A DNA stretch of 64,000 bases. Origin: an uncultured Bifidobacteriaceae bacterium. Its GTDB lineage: Bacteria; Bacteroidota; Bacteroidia; Chitinophagales; UBA10324. Both the position numbers and the translations under genes were made by a program. Under the pieces are notes generated by a model. It was not told the origin of the DNA, did not search any database, and saw only the letters and a program-made list of their open reading frames with translations. The stretch covers positions 752 to 64,751 of the forward strand of contig CAZGBP010000001.1 of the NCBI GenBank assembly GCA_964524035.1, in the 5' to 3' direction. Of the stretch, positions 10,401 to 18,052 are shown piece by piece. Position 1 is the stretch's first letter. Each line of letters opens with the position of its first letter.

Positions 10401-10608
10401 CCTCCGCCGCTGTATATAACATGGCTACCCGCTCATATCCATAATAACAACCAAATGGCTTACGGGATGAACTATCATTTGGGTTACCGGCCGGCACCGT
10501 AACAACCTGCGCCGATGCAAATTGAGTGAACAATAAAGTTACGGCAAACATCCAGTTAATTACCCCGACCTGTCCTTTACGGAATAGAGTAGATAATCCA
10601 ATCAACAT
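7486..10608 (-). CDS. Large secreted surface protein with two GEVED domains, repeated Ig-like modules and a T9SS C-terminal sorting domain
   Basis: 1040 aa with an N-terminal signal. Two modules end in YGETEDYLLNI and WGETEDYVINI (GEVED). Three modules have a Y(V/Q)WQ(T/S)SP-type motif. C-terminus LVLFPNPSDGMTTIQVNV...GWYQVQVQSG matches the Por secretion tail pattern. Confidence 0.85.
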   Translation of the reverse strand: MLIGLSTLFRKGQVGVINWMFAVTLLFTQFASAQVVTVPAGNPNDSSSRKPFGCYYGYERVAMLYTAAEVGQGGSITKVGFFVNSLNNPASVTPVVIRMKTFTGTSLTSTTYSAASNGSSIVYSGTITAGMLSANNWVTLNLNTAFAYNSNNLLILIETNYGSFGGEDFDAKEFRHSSTTSNRCEFWEDDLTPPTDNGVLTKKRPTIQLTFEPNCTGTPNPGNTLSTAASVCLNELFTLSLQNTPTTPGLSYVWQTSPTGSNPWTIITGATGSTYTATQTIPTYYRCIVTCDNGGASGNSVPVLVNESPSYDCYCDSYASDISDSKINSFKMADISTSTAPSLCESYSDYTAVPGNIAGGQLVTFEIENGSCSGFFYDSYIGVYIDYNLNGTYEKATELVYGYGPITNFNSIPPFSYIIPTAAPAGITGMRVILQEGDSVPNPCGEYTYGETEDYLLNITAAEPCSSAPVPGTTLTTAATVCPNEQFTLTISNYQYNSGISYQWQSSSNGTDFSNIAGATSASRLQSQTAATWYLCKVTCDNTGAVTNADSVFIDMKPFYACYCASYALNPEDTKIDTVKIGNMIAGSSPTNCETYTDYTSLNLDVDKTFPVTIKIDNGACSGQFYEAYVAVFIDYNKNNIYDANEKVYSFGPTTDLHSIPDGVFTIPAATQLGKTGMRVVIAEGESLPPACGTYDWGETEDYVINIVDVPPCVVPPIAGTATASDNSFCTPQIPAEITLMLTGSSTGFGQTYQWQSSPDGSSYTDLSGQVSNTANVTVSATTYYRCMVTCSGDSAYSDAVMVEVKTVPTGNTETDPIIIPSLPYTDIRDNLSDNCWTSDYTNTLPQVSPDVFYELSLNDTSGWLEISTCETTTGFNTYLHLIDAFGNHLTSNNNAGPLCTGNYASIEYYAGTVPAVLYIIVEGLNEDEGAYQLDVNFIPDSATSVQVLPVDNDNSLVLFPNPSDGMTTIQVNVQSSLNENADLKLFNALGQLVQQRQIALVRGKYKGNISLEASLPDGWYQVQVQSGAMVISRPLLLQR

Positions 10609-10764
10609 ATAAAAGTATTGTTTTGAAAAAGTTAAAGCATGTTACCTTGAAAACGGATTTAAGCGCCGGATTCTTGCAACGAAAAAGCGCACGAAAATAC
10701 AATTTATCATGGATCATCAAAAATACAACCCTGCTGTGAATTCAAACAAGTGGAGAATACTGCA

Positions 10765-10939
10765 GGGGTACTACAATTTGGATATCGATTATTGGGACAA
10801 TTAAGTAAGTGAGTAATGTAGCGTAGTGAATACAGTATAGCTAGTGACCGGCTTCGCCACAGCAATTTAACCATTTAACCATTTAGCAATATAACCCACC
10901 AACCATTGCTTTACAAGATGAACGAATGGTCGTACACCC
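10765..10939 (+). mobile_element. MITE-like element, copy A (175 bp)
   Basis: Near-full-length match to the reverse complement of 46430-46597. Ends GGGGTACTACAA... and ...GGTCGTACACCC form terminal inverted repeats. The core has the CCGGCTTCGCC mini-hairpin flanked by AACCATTTAACCATTT. Confidence 0.6.
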
Positions 10940-11187
10940 TGGTGCAGGATACCCACTTGACCCCCGCCCGGAACGCATTTGTAACCAGAACTAATCAGGC
11001 TGATTGAGGAATATGGCCGTCTGCTAAAGCATGCTGATTAAAATTTATATAGTCTGCACATGAGCCGGCGAATTCCGAATGATTATTTTCGGCGCACAGT
11101 TGTATCCGGAAATCCGGATGCCGCAGCATTCCTTACCGGTGTTCAGGGCGGCATGCTGGTTAACAGATTAATAAAAATGGTAATGCA

Positions 11188-12342
11188 TTGATAAAAACAC
11201 TGGTACACCCAATACGGGAAATGTCTGAAAAAGGACAGCTCACCGGAGTGCTGTTAATTTTAGCCACCACCATATCTATGCTGGTGAGTAATTCATCGCT
11301 GCAACAAGACTACCTGCACCTGTGGCACCTTAAGATAGGCACCCCTTCCTTTTCGATGTCATTGCATCATTGGATCAATGACGGGCTGATGGCGATATTC
11401 TTCTTCCTGGTAGGATTGGAGATCCGCCGGGAAATAGTGAAGGGTGAACTGTCAGACATCCGTAAATCTATGCTGCCTGTTCTTGCTGCTGTCGGAGGCA
11501 TGGCATTACCCGCTCTTATCTATGTTATCATCAACCTGAAGAGCGGTTACCTTACGGGATGGGCTATTCCAACTGCTACCGATATCGCCTTTTCATTAGG
11601 AGTGCTTGCCCTTATGGGAAACAGGGTGCCTTTCTCGCTCAAGATCTTTCTTACCGCACTGGCCATTATTGATGACCTTGGGGCTGTTTTGGTAATAGCC
11701 GTTTTTTATACCAATGAAATTAAAATTGATCAATTACTTATAGCTGTTGCGGTATTTTTATCCTTACTTGCTATGAACCGGTTTAAAGTCCGTCCACTGT
11801 TTTTCTATATCCTGCCCGGCTTCCTGCTTTGGTGGTTCATCCTGCATTCCGGTGTACATGCCACCTTAGCAGGTGTTTTACTTGCCTTTTGTATTCCTCT
11901 TGCTAAATTGGAAAAGCTGGAGCATATGCTGCAAAAGCCGGTAAATTATTTGGTTATGCCAATCTTTGCATTAGCCAATACAGCAATTGTTATCCCGGCA
12001 AATGGTTTGATGGTAATGATGCAGCCTGTTAGCCTGGGCATTTTTGCCGGTTTGCTGGTGGGGAAATCAATGGGAATCTTCCTCGTATCCTGGCTTTCTG
12101 TTAAAAGTGGCTGGGTACAATTGCCATCGCGGGTATCGTGGCATAAGTTGCTTGCTGCGGGCTTTATTGCAGGGATAGGATTTACAATGTCAATTTTCAT
12201 TGCTACCCTGTCATTTGAAACGGCGGCGGTTCTCGATGGAGCCAAGTTGGCTATCCTGGTCGGTTCAATAGCAGCCGGGCTTACCGGTGTAGTGTTGCTG
12301 GCAACTGATAAAGACCGGGTTATTGATGAGCAGGATCTCTAA
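11188..12342 (+). CDS. nhaA: Na+/H+ antiporter NhaA
   Basis: 384 aa. HHWINDGLMAIFFFLVGLEIRRE and AIIDDLGAVLVIAVFYT are the hallmark NhaA motifs. The TTG start at 11188 keeps the N-terminal LVHPIRE segment homologous to E. coli NhaA; an alternative ATG is at 11221. Confidence 0.95.
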   Translation: MIKTLVHPIREMSEKGQLTGVLLILATTISMLVSNSSLQQDYLHLWHLKIGTPSFSMSLHHWINDGLMAIFFFLVGLEIRREIVKGELSDIRKSMLPVLAAVGGMALPALIYVIINLKSGYLTGWAIPTATDIAFSLGVLALMGNRVPFSLKIFLTALAIIDDLGAVLVIAVFYTNEIKIDQLLIAVAVFLSLLAMNRFKVRPLFFYILPGFLLWWFILHSGVHATLAGVLLAFCIPLAKLEKLEHMLQKPVNYLVMPIFALANTAIVIPANGLMVMMQPVSLGIFAGLLVGKSMGIFLVSWLSVKSGWVQLPSRVSWHKLLAAGFIAGIGFTMSIFIATLSFETAAVLDGAKLAILVGSIAAGLTGVVLLATDKDRVIDEQDL

Positions 12343-12346
12343 CCCA

Positions 12347-13141
12347 TCAGGCCCCAGGATGGCTAAAAGGTATCTTTTCCAATTGAAACTTTCCATCACC
12401 GCTTGTCTTCACTTTAGCCATCGGCATATTGCCTGAATGAAAAAAAAGGCAGGTATACCCTTTCTGCGCAATGCGGTTACCAAATTCTATTCTTTTGGCA
12501 GCTGCGGCTTTTCCATCATAATCGTATTTGGCATTGAATCGCATTTGCAACTGTTTCGGTTGTGGCAAAACATCGCCCCCGAAAAAACAGGTTGTACTGC
12601 CGGTATTTATGGTAAATACCTGGTGGTAAGGGGTATGGCCCCCGCTGATTTCAAAGGCAATATCATCATTAATATATCCATTGCCCTTTAGGAGGCTGAG
12701 CCGAGGGTTATCTTTAAGATACCTGAGTTTCGCAAATGCAAAAGAAGGGGAATCCTTCCTGGAAAAAGCATATTCCAGTTCCTGATCCTGGCAATAATAA
12801 TTTGCTTTTGGGAACATGAGGTTAAAAGCAGGGTCATTACCATAACAAATGCCACCCGTATGATCTTTGTGTAAATGGCTGAGCAAGACAATTCCAACAT
12901 CATCCGCTGAATAACCGGCCCGCTGCATATTCTCCAGAATCATAAAATCACCGGCTGCATTTTGCATCCCCAGCCCCGGATCTATAACCACCAGGTCGTT
13001 TTTTGTGGCAACCAGAAAAGGAACTATATCTACCAGCAATGAGGAAGGGCGGTCTTTGAGTTGATCGTGGTTGGGATCGAAAGCGATAAAGGTCTTACTG
13101 TCATCGACTGTGAAAGTACCTTCGGATAATGGGATGATCAT
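12347..13141 (-). CDS. MBL-fold metallo-hydrolase
   Basis: 264 aa. HxHxDH motif in LLSHLHKDHTGG, plus a later H (GGHTPYH) and D. Confidence 0.85.
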   Translation of the reverse strand: MIIPLSEGTFTVDDSKTFIAFDPNHDQLKDRPSSLLVDIVPFLVATKNDLVVIDPGLGMQNAAGDFMILENMQRAGYSADDVGIVLLSHLHKDHTGGICYGNDPAFNLMFPKANYYCQDQELEYAFSRKDSPSFAFAKLRYLKDNPRLSLLKGNGYINDDIAFEISGGHTPYHQVFTINTGSTTCFFGGDVLPQPKQLQMRFNAKYDYDGKAAAAKRIEFGNRIAQKGYTCLFFHSGNMPMAKVKTSGDGKFQLEKIPFSHPGA

Positions 13142-13156
13142 GATGGTGGGGAAACT

Positions 13157-13312
13157 GGGTACTTTGTAAATGGATAATTATAGCAGTCTCTTTAAATGGT
13201 TGAATGGTTGAATGGTTGAATGGTTGCGGCGAAGCCGATGAGTTTGAGGACAACAATTAAACAATTGAACAATTAAGCAATTGTGCAATTCAGTCATTTG
13301 ACCACTCAGCCA
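13157..13312. repeat. Diverged copy C of the MITE-like element, with (AATGGTTG)x4 and (NAACAATT)x4 arms around a CGGC-GAA-GCCG mini-hairpin
   Basis: Shares GCGGCGAAGCCGAT and the arm lengths with copy B. The left end TGGGTACTTTGTAAATGG resembles the copy A end GGGGTACTACAATTTGG. The rest has diverged into short-period repeats. Confidence 0.5.
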
Positions 13313-13313
13313 A

Positions 13314-14267
13314 CTACCACCCCTTTCCTCCAATCACAAAATTTCTTGCTATGTTAAAGCCAATCCTGAATTCACCATCGAGCCAGTTGGATTTAGTGAA
13401 TGGCAGAAAGAGATTTTCCAGCGTTCCTGTAGAATTGGTGAAATTGATGGTAAATACATGGCCGCCGGTTTCAATTTCTACGCCCACACTCAACGGATTA
13501 TAATAAATCTTATCTCCATTGGCATCGACTGCATCGTTCCGGTAGCTTGAAAAATTATAGAAGTAATCTGCTATTAAAGCAAAGCGGTTGCTCAGTTTAA
13601 GCCTGCCGCCTATTCCCAGCGAAAACATATCATTCTGATCATCATAAGAAACATAATTGCGATGGGTCCAGGTCGGTAGCAACTCCAATGAAAAACCAGG
13701 TGAAAAACGCCGGGCTATAATGGCCTGCGAAACATATGACATTCTTTGTGCTGTATTTTGAAAGGATGCATCAGAGGTGCTGTCGGTAGAAGCCGGCCTG
13801 CCCGTTATGCCGGCAACGCCGTAGAGTGTAATACTGAGCGGCATCTTGCCATCAACCGTTTGTTGCAAGAGGCGAAACTTGACATTGGCGTCGTACAATT
13901 GGGTATATGCATCAATTCCTTTTGATCTGCCAACGCCTAACTGCAGACGGTCGGTTACTCCATAGTCGAACGAAAAACGAATGTCGGCTGCATTATCAAA
14001 TCCGTAGAACGTACTGATTCCGCCGGCATCACCGGCTATATCGCCAAAACGGTGTGCAATGTTAAAATGCAGGTTTCGCTTTTTGGCCGTTTCATTGGTT
14101 TGTGCGTTAATGATCCGGAATCCCTTAAAAGTGGCACTTACATATTCCTTCTCATCAGACTTGGAATTCTCATCAACAAGGGCAGAAAGGTCTGTTTCCT
14201 GTGCGGCAAGGCGCAGGGAAAAAAGTAAACCGGCAAAGAATAGAAGGAGGATGGAGATTTTTTTCAT
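13314..14267 (-). CDS. Putative outer-membrane beta-barrel protein (DUF5777-like)
   Basis: 317 aa. Signal peptide MKKISILLLFFAGLLFSLRLAAQ, alternating beta-strand pattern, and terminal aromatic residues. Family assignment is from memory of similar proteins next to YceI genes. Confidence 0.55.
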   Translation of the reverse strand: MKKISILLLFFAGLLFSLRLAAQETDLSALVDENSKSDEKEYVSATFKGFRIINAQTNETAKKRNLHFNIAHRFGDIAGDAGGISTFYGFDNAADIRFSFDYGVTDRLQLGVGRSKGIDAYTQLYDANVKFRLLQQTVDGKMPLSITLYGVAGITGRPASTDSTSDASFQNTAQRMSYVSQAIIARRFSPGFSLELLPTWTHRNYVSYDDQNDMFSLGIGGRLKLSNRFALIADYFYNFSSYRNDAVDANGDKIYYNPLSVGVEIETGGHVFTINFTNSTGTLENLFLPFTKSNWLDGEFRIGFNIARNFVIGGKGW

Positions 14268-14442
14268 AAGCAGTTATCTCTGTACGGAAGAAAATTTAAT
14301 TGCAATATCGGCAAAGTTTAAGATTGAGATCCGCCAAATTAAAGGGTTTTAGAAAATCATTGGCGGCATGCCTAACCTCCTCAGTCAGGTTTGATGACCA
14401 GTCTATTCAGGAGATTAGACCGTTCATGCAACCTGCAGCGCA

Positions 14443-14997
14443 TCATTTCTCTGATTTTGACGGTAACATGTCAGCCTTCACTTTCACCTTAACTACTTCA
14501 GCAATATTTTTTACCACTACAGTCGGTATTTTAATTTCATGGTCACTCAGTTTCACATCAAATTCGCTCACTATGCTGATGGTTTCTCCTTTTACCGTTA
14601 TCGTGCCGGGAATCGTCCTCTCTTTTTCGATGCCATGCAGGTTGAACTTGCCGGTTACGGTAACTGCATAGGTTCCATCCTTTGACAGATCAACATTTTC
14701 ATTGATCGCACCATTGAATGTGGCATTGGGATACTTCTCACTCTCCACATAATTTTCGTTGAAATGTTCCTGCATCAACGCCTTCTTGAAAGTGAAGGTG
14801 GTCATTTTTGCTTTAAAAAAAACGGACTTGGTCGATACATTCAAGGCACCTACCACCTGGTTGCTGGTAGCATCAATATTTTCCACAGGGGTTTCGGAAA
14901 AGAATGAAACGGTACTGTTGGTGGAGATATAAACGTCCTGTGATTTTGCAGGCAGGAAGAACGCCACTGAAAGTAAGAAGAAGATTAAATTTTTCAT
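14443..14997 (-). CDS. YceI family (polyisoprenoid-binding) protein
   Basis: Start moved to ATG 14997 (MKNLIFFLLSVAFFLPAKSQ signal). FKKALMQEHFNENYVESEKYPNATFNG matches the YceI-like signature region. Confidence 0.8.
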   Translation of the reverse strand: MKNLIFFLLSVAFFLPAKSQDVYISTNSTVSFFSETPVENIDATSNQVVGALNVSTKSVFFKAKMTTFTFKKALMQEHFNENYVESEKYPNATFNGAINENVDLSKDGTYAVTVTGKFNLHGIEKERTIPGTITVKGETISIVSEFDVKLSDHEIKIPTVVVKNIAEVVKVKVKADMLPSKSEK

Positions 14998-15079
14998 GAT
15001 ACCGGTTTGTGATTTTAGAAGATGAGAATAAAGAACGTGGTCAAACAAACTGCTGCTTTTCAATTACCGTACCACATCA

Positions 15080-15499
15080 TTATTCCGGGGCTCCCTGGTC
15101 AACCCACGTCTGAAGTTTCAGCTGATCGCAGTCGCTTAATGTTTGAGGGCCGGTGGAAAGAATGGAGGGCATTGGGTTTCCAGGAGAATTGAATACCCTG
15201 TTAATCAGGGTTCCATCATCCGCTTTCTCCTTAATACCGGCATAGGTGGTAAAATCAAAGCCAAAGGTGCCGCCATCTGCATCAGTTTGATGGCAACTTC
15301 CAAAATCCTTGTTCGTGCAATAGGTGGTCAGGATCTGTTTTACATCATCAGTATAGGTAATTGTTTGCCCGGCTTGAATACAGGCTACTGTATCTGTTGT
15401 TTCCTTGGGTTCGGTGGCTTTGTCTTTAGTACAACTTCCAAGAAAAACAAATGCACCGACTGCCAAAAAAGCGAAAAGATTACGGATGAAAACTTTCAT
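15080..15499 (-). CDS. Lipoprotein with C-x7-CH motif (possible haem-binding, PSCyt-like)
   Basis: Start moved to ATG 15499. Lipobox FLGSC. The motif is YCTNKDFGSCHQ, and the C-terminal MP...LS...L..W...GAP pattern recalls planctomycete-type cytochrome c domains. Confidence 0.45.
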   Translation of the reverse strand: MKVFIRNLFAFLAVGAFVFLGSCTKDKATEPKETTDTVACIQAGQTITYTDDVKQILTTYCTNKDFGSCHQTDADGGTFGFDFTTYAGIKEKADDGTLINRVFNSPGNPMPSILSTGPQTLSDCDQLKLQTWVDQGAPE

Positions 15500-15702
15500 A
15501 TGTGTTGCGTGATGGTTGGGCAATAACTGGTTTTTGTTATTAGCAGTTTCCAATGTTAAGGGCCCGGCATAAAAAGGTCAGGCTTTCGTCCGGTAAACAT
15601 TAAAAATTAATGCTTGCCAAAAATAGCTGATAATCCTGCCTCATCCAAATTCGTGCACGGAGCATTTGTGTTATTCGGTGTTTCTTCAACCATTGATCCC
15701 GT

Positions 15703-16161
15703 CTAATCCTTATAGCTGTCCAGAATTTGCTGTGTATGTTTTTTCGAATGCACTTTACGGAAAACTTTCTCAATACATCCTTTTTCATCAATAATAAATG
15801 TTTGGCGGAACACCCCCATGTATCGATGGCCAAACATCTGCTTTTCACCCCAGGTGCCATAGCTTTTGATTATTTTCTTATCCGGATCAGCCAGTAATGG
15901 GAAAGGAAGCGCGAATTTGGTTTCAAACTTTTTGTGGGATTTCACATCATCGGGGCTTACCCCAACAATTTCAAATCCCCTCCGCTTCAGCAAGGCGTAG
16001 TTATCTCTCAGGTTGCAGGCTTCTTCTGTGCAGGTGGGCGTATCATCTTCAGGATAGAAATAGAGCACAACTTTTTTCCCCTTAAAATCAGCAAGCGATA
16101 TGATGTTGCCATTCTGGTCTTTTGCTTTAAAAGCGGGAGCTTTTTCGCCAACGTCAGGCAT
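15703..16161 (-). CDS. bcp: Thioredoxin-dependent thiol peroxidase (peroxiredoxin Bcp)
   Basis: 152 aa. FYPEDDTPTCTEEAC contains the peroxidatic and resolving Cys arrangement of Bcp. Confidence 0.9.
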   Translation of the reverse strand: MPDVGEKAPAFKAKDQNGNIISLADFKGKKVVLYFYPEDDTPTCTEEACNLRDNYALLKRRGFEIVGVSPDDVKSHKKFETKFALPFPLLADPDKKIIKSYGTWGEKQMFGHRYMGVFRQTFIIDEKGCIEKVFRKVHSKKHTQQILDSYKD

Positions 16162-16164
16162 AGG

Positions 16165-17979
16165 TTATTTTTTAAATTTCAACAGGTAGATTGATTCATT
16201 TTTTACGTCGTCACTCACCAGCACGCGAAGTGTATGTTCGCCGGGAGCCATTTGTTTATCCAGGGTGCATTGCAGCCGGTCATTTTTCGCATCGTATTCC
16301 ATCAGTATCCATTTTTCATCCAGCAGGCCTTTATACGAAACAATACCTGAAAGTTTATCGGTGATCGTGAAGCGTATTGTATTGGATGTAATAAGTTGAT
16401 TTTGTTTCACATTCTCACAGGCAATTTTTGGTGCAACCGTGTCGAGCAAAACATAAAAGTAGCCGAATTCCCTTGCACGGGCAGCCAGCCATTTGCCTTC
16501 CCAATGGGAAGTTTTGGTGCTTTTTATTCCGGTACCATCGTCATACACAATCAACGCTTTAGATTGCAAGGCAGGCGGAATATTGCGCGGCAGTATGCTT
16601 ATCGTATAACTGTCATGCACAGGCGTAGCCGTATTATGCACCAGGTGTGTTGCTGAATATCTTTTCGTATCACCCGTTTTTGCGACATACTGGAAATTGA
16701 TGTCTTCATACAGGATGTTAGCCGGCAAATTCAACCGGATACTGTCAGAAGCAAAACTGTTTGCTTGCTGATAACGAAACACCGTTCCTTTGCCGGCAGC
16801 CGCCGTTATTGTATTTTCTTTTAAGGTACTCTTTATAAAAAAAGTGAGGCGGGAACTGTTTTCATATGCATCGGTGGCTAGTACTTCCACTTTATGAAAG
16901 GCACCGTCAGAAAGGCCGATCTTACCATCATTCTCCAGTGCATGGTAAATGTTATTGCGGTCACCGGGCAAACGGTAAAGCCGTTGTATCTTTTTGCCGG
17001 TAGCTTTGAGTATCCTAAAATCAATGAAGGCATTTACATAACGGCCATTGGCAAAATCCATACGGTCAAACGTAACGCCATAAATCTGCCGGCCATCCAG
17101 CAGCACCCGGTATTCATACATTCCATAATCGTTAGAGGTATTATTCATATAATCTGCTGCCTCCAGCGCAATGCCAACTACCTGTTGATCTACCGTAATG
17201 GTATCACCGTTAATGCGGTATCCTGATTTGCCTTTTTGCAAAGTATATTTTACCGGGTCTGCCATGCTATTTTGAAGATTATACAAATACGCGGCCGTAA
17301 TTTTAGGAGCGATGGTATCCTTTAAGGAATAGAACGAAGCCGGGTTCAATGGGTAGGTTTCGCCGGAAGCATCCCGGATTTCAAAGTGCAGATGGGGCCC
17401 ACCTGATGAACCCGAATTCCCTGAATAAGCGATGAGTTCCCCTTTTTTAAAAGCAAATTTCGAAGCATCCGGAAACAACTCAATCTCAAACGACTGCTTT
17501 GCATATTGCTGTTGCCTTACATAGGTGGCAATGGCATCGGCAAAGCGGTCGAGATGGGCATAAACCGTCATGTACCCATTTGGATGCGAGATATATAGCA
17601 CATTACCAAAACCGCCGGCAGAGACTTTAATTCTCGATACTACACCATCTGCAGCAGCATAAACCTTATATCCTGTTTCGCCATTGGTGCGTATATCGAA
17701 GCCGCTGTGAAAATGATTGGTCCTGATTTCTGCAAAATTTGCAGAAAGGGTAATCGGTATATCTAATGGGTTCCGGAAGTAATTTGCCGGTTGCGCGGCG
17801 CCATCACCATATGTTAGCAGTTGCAGCAGCACCAACAGCTGACCCTTTGAAGACAGGCGTTTCAGCAATCTGTAAAAACAGCTCCTGCCAAACTGAGAAA
17901 ATGAACCGGCTTCCTTTTTATGTCTCATGCAGCACAAAGAATAATTTCGGCTAAATAACGACACGGCGGTCAATTTCAT
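16165..17979 (-). CDS. M23 family metallopeptidase with long C-terminal extension
   Basis: HFHSGFDI (HxxxD) and GGPHLHFEIRD (HxH) motifs. The true start may be ATG 17928. Confidence 0.85.
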   Translation of the reverse strand: MKLTAVSLFSRNYSLCCMRHKKEAGSFSQFGRSCFYRLLKRLSSKGQLLVLLQLLTYGDGAAQPANYFRNPLDIPITLSANFAEIRTNHFHSGFDIRTNGETGYKVYAAADGVVSRIKVSAGGFGNVLYISHPNGYMTVYAHLDRFADAIATYVRQQQYAKQSFEIELFPDASKFAFKKGELIAYSGNSGSSGGPHLHFEIRDASGETYPLNPASFYSLKDTIAPKITAAYLYNLQNSMADPVKYTLQKGKSGYRINGDTITVDQQVVGIALEAADYMNNTSNDYGMYEYRVLLDGRQIYGVTFDRMDFANGRYVNAFIDFRILKATGKKIQRLYRLPGDRNNIYHALENDGKIGLSDGAFHKVEVLATDAYENSSRLTFFIKSTLKENTITAAAGKGTVFRYQQANSFASDSIRLNLPANILYEDINFQYVAKTGDTKRYSATHLVHNTATPVHDSYTISILPRNIPPALQSKALIVYDDGTGIKSTKTSHWEGKWLAARAREFGYFYVLLDTVAPKIACENVKQNQLITSNTIRFTITDKLSGIVSYKGLLDEKWILMEYDAKNDRLQCTLDKQMAPGEHTLRVLVSDDVKNESIYLLKFKK

Positions 17980-18052
17980 AAGCGGTCATTAATTTAATAT
18001 GGCCTTATACAAAAAGCATTACCCTCTTCTTGCGCAGGCAGAAAAGGCATGA

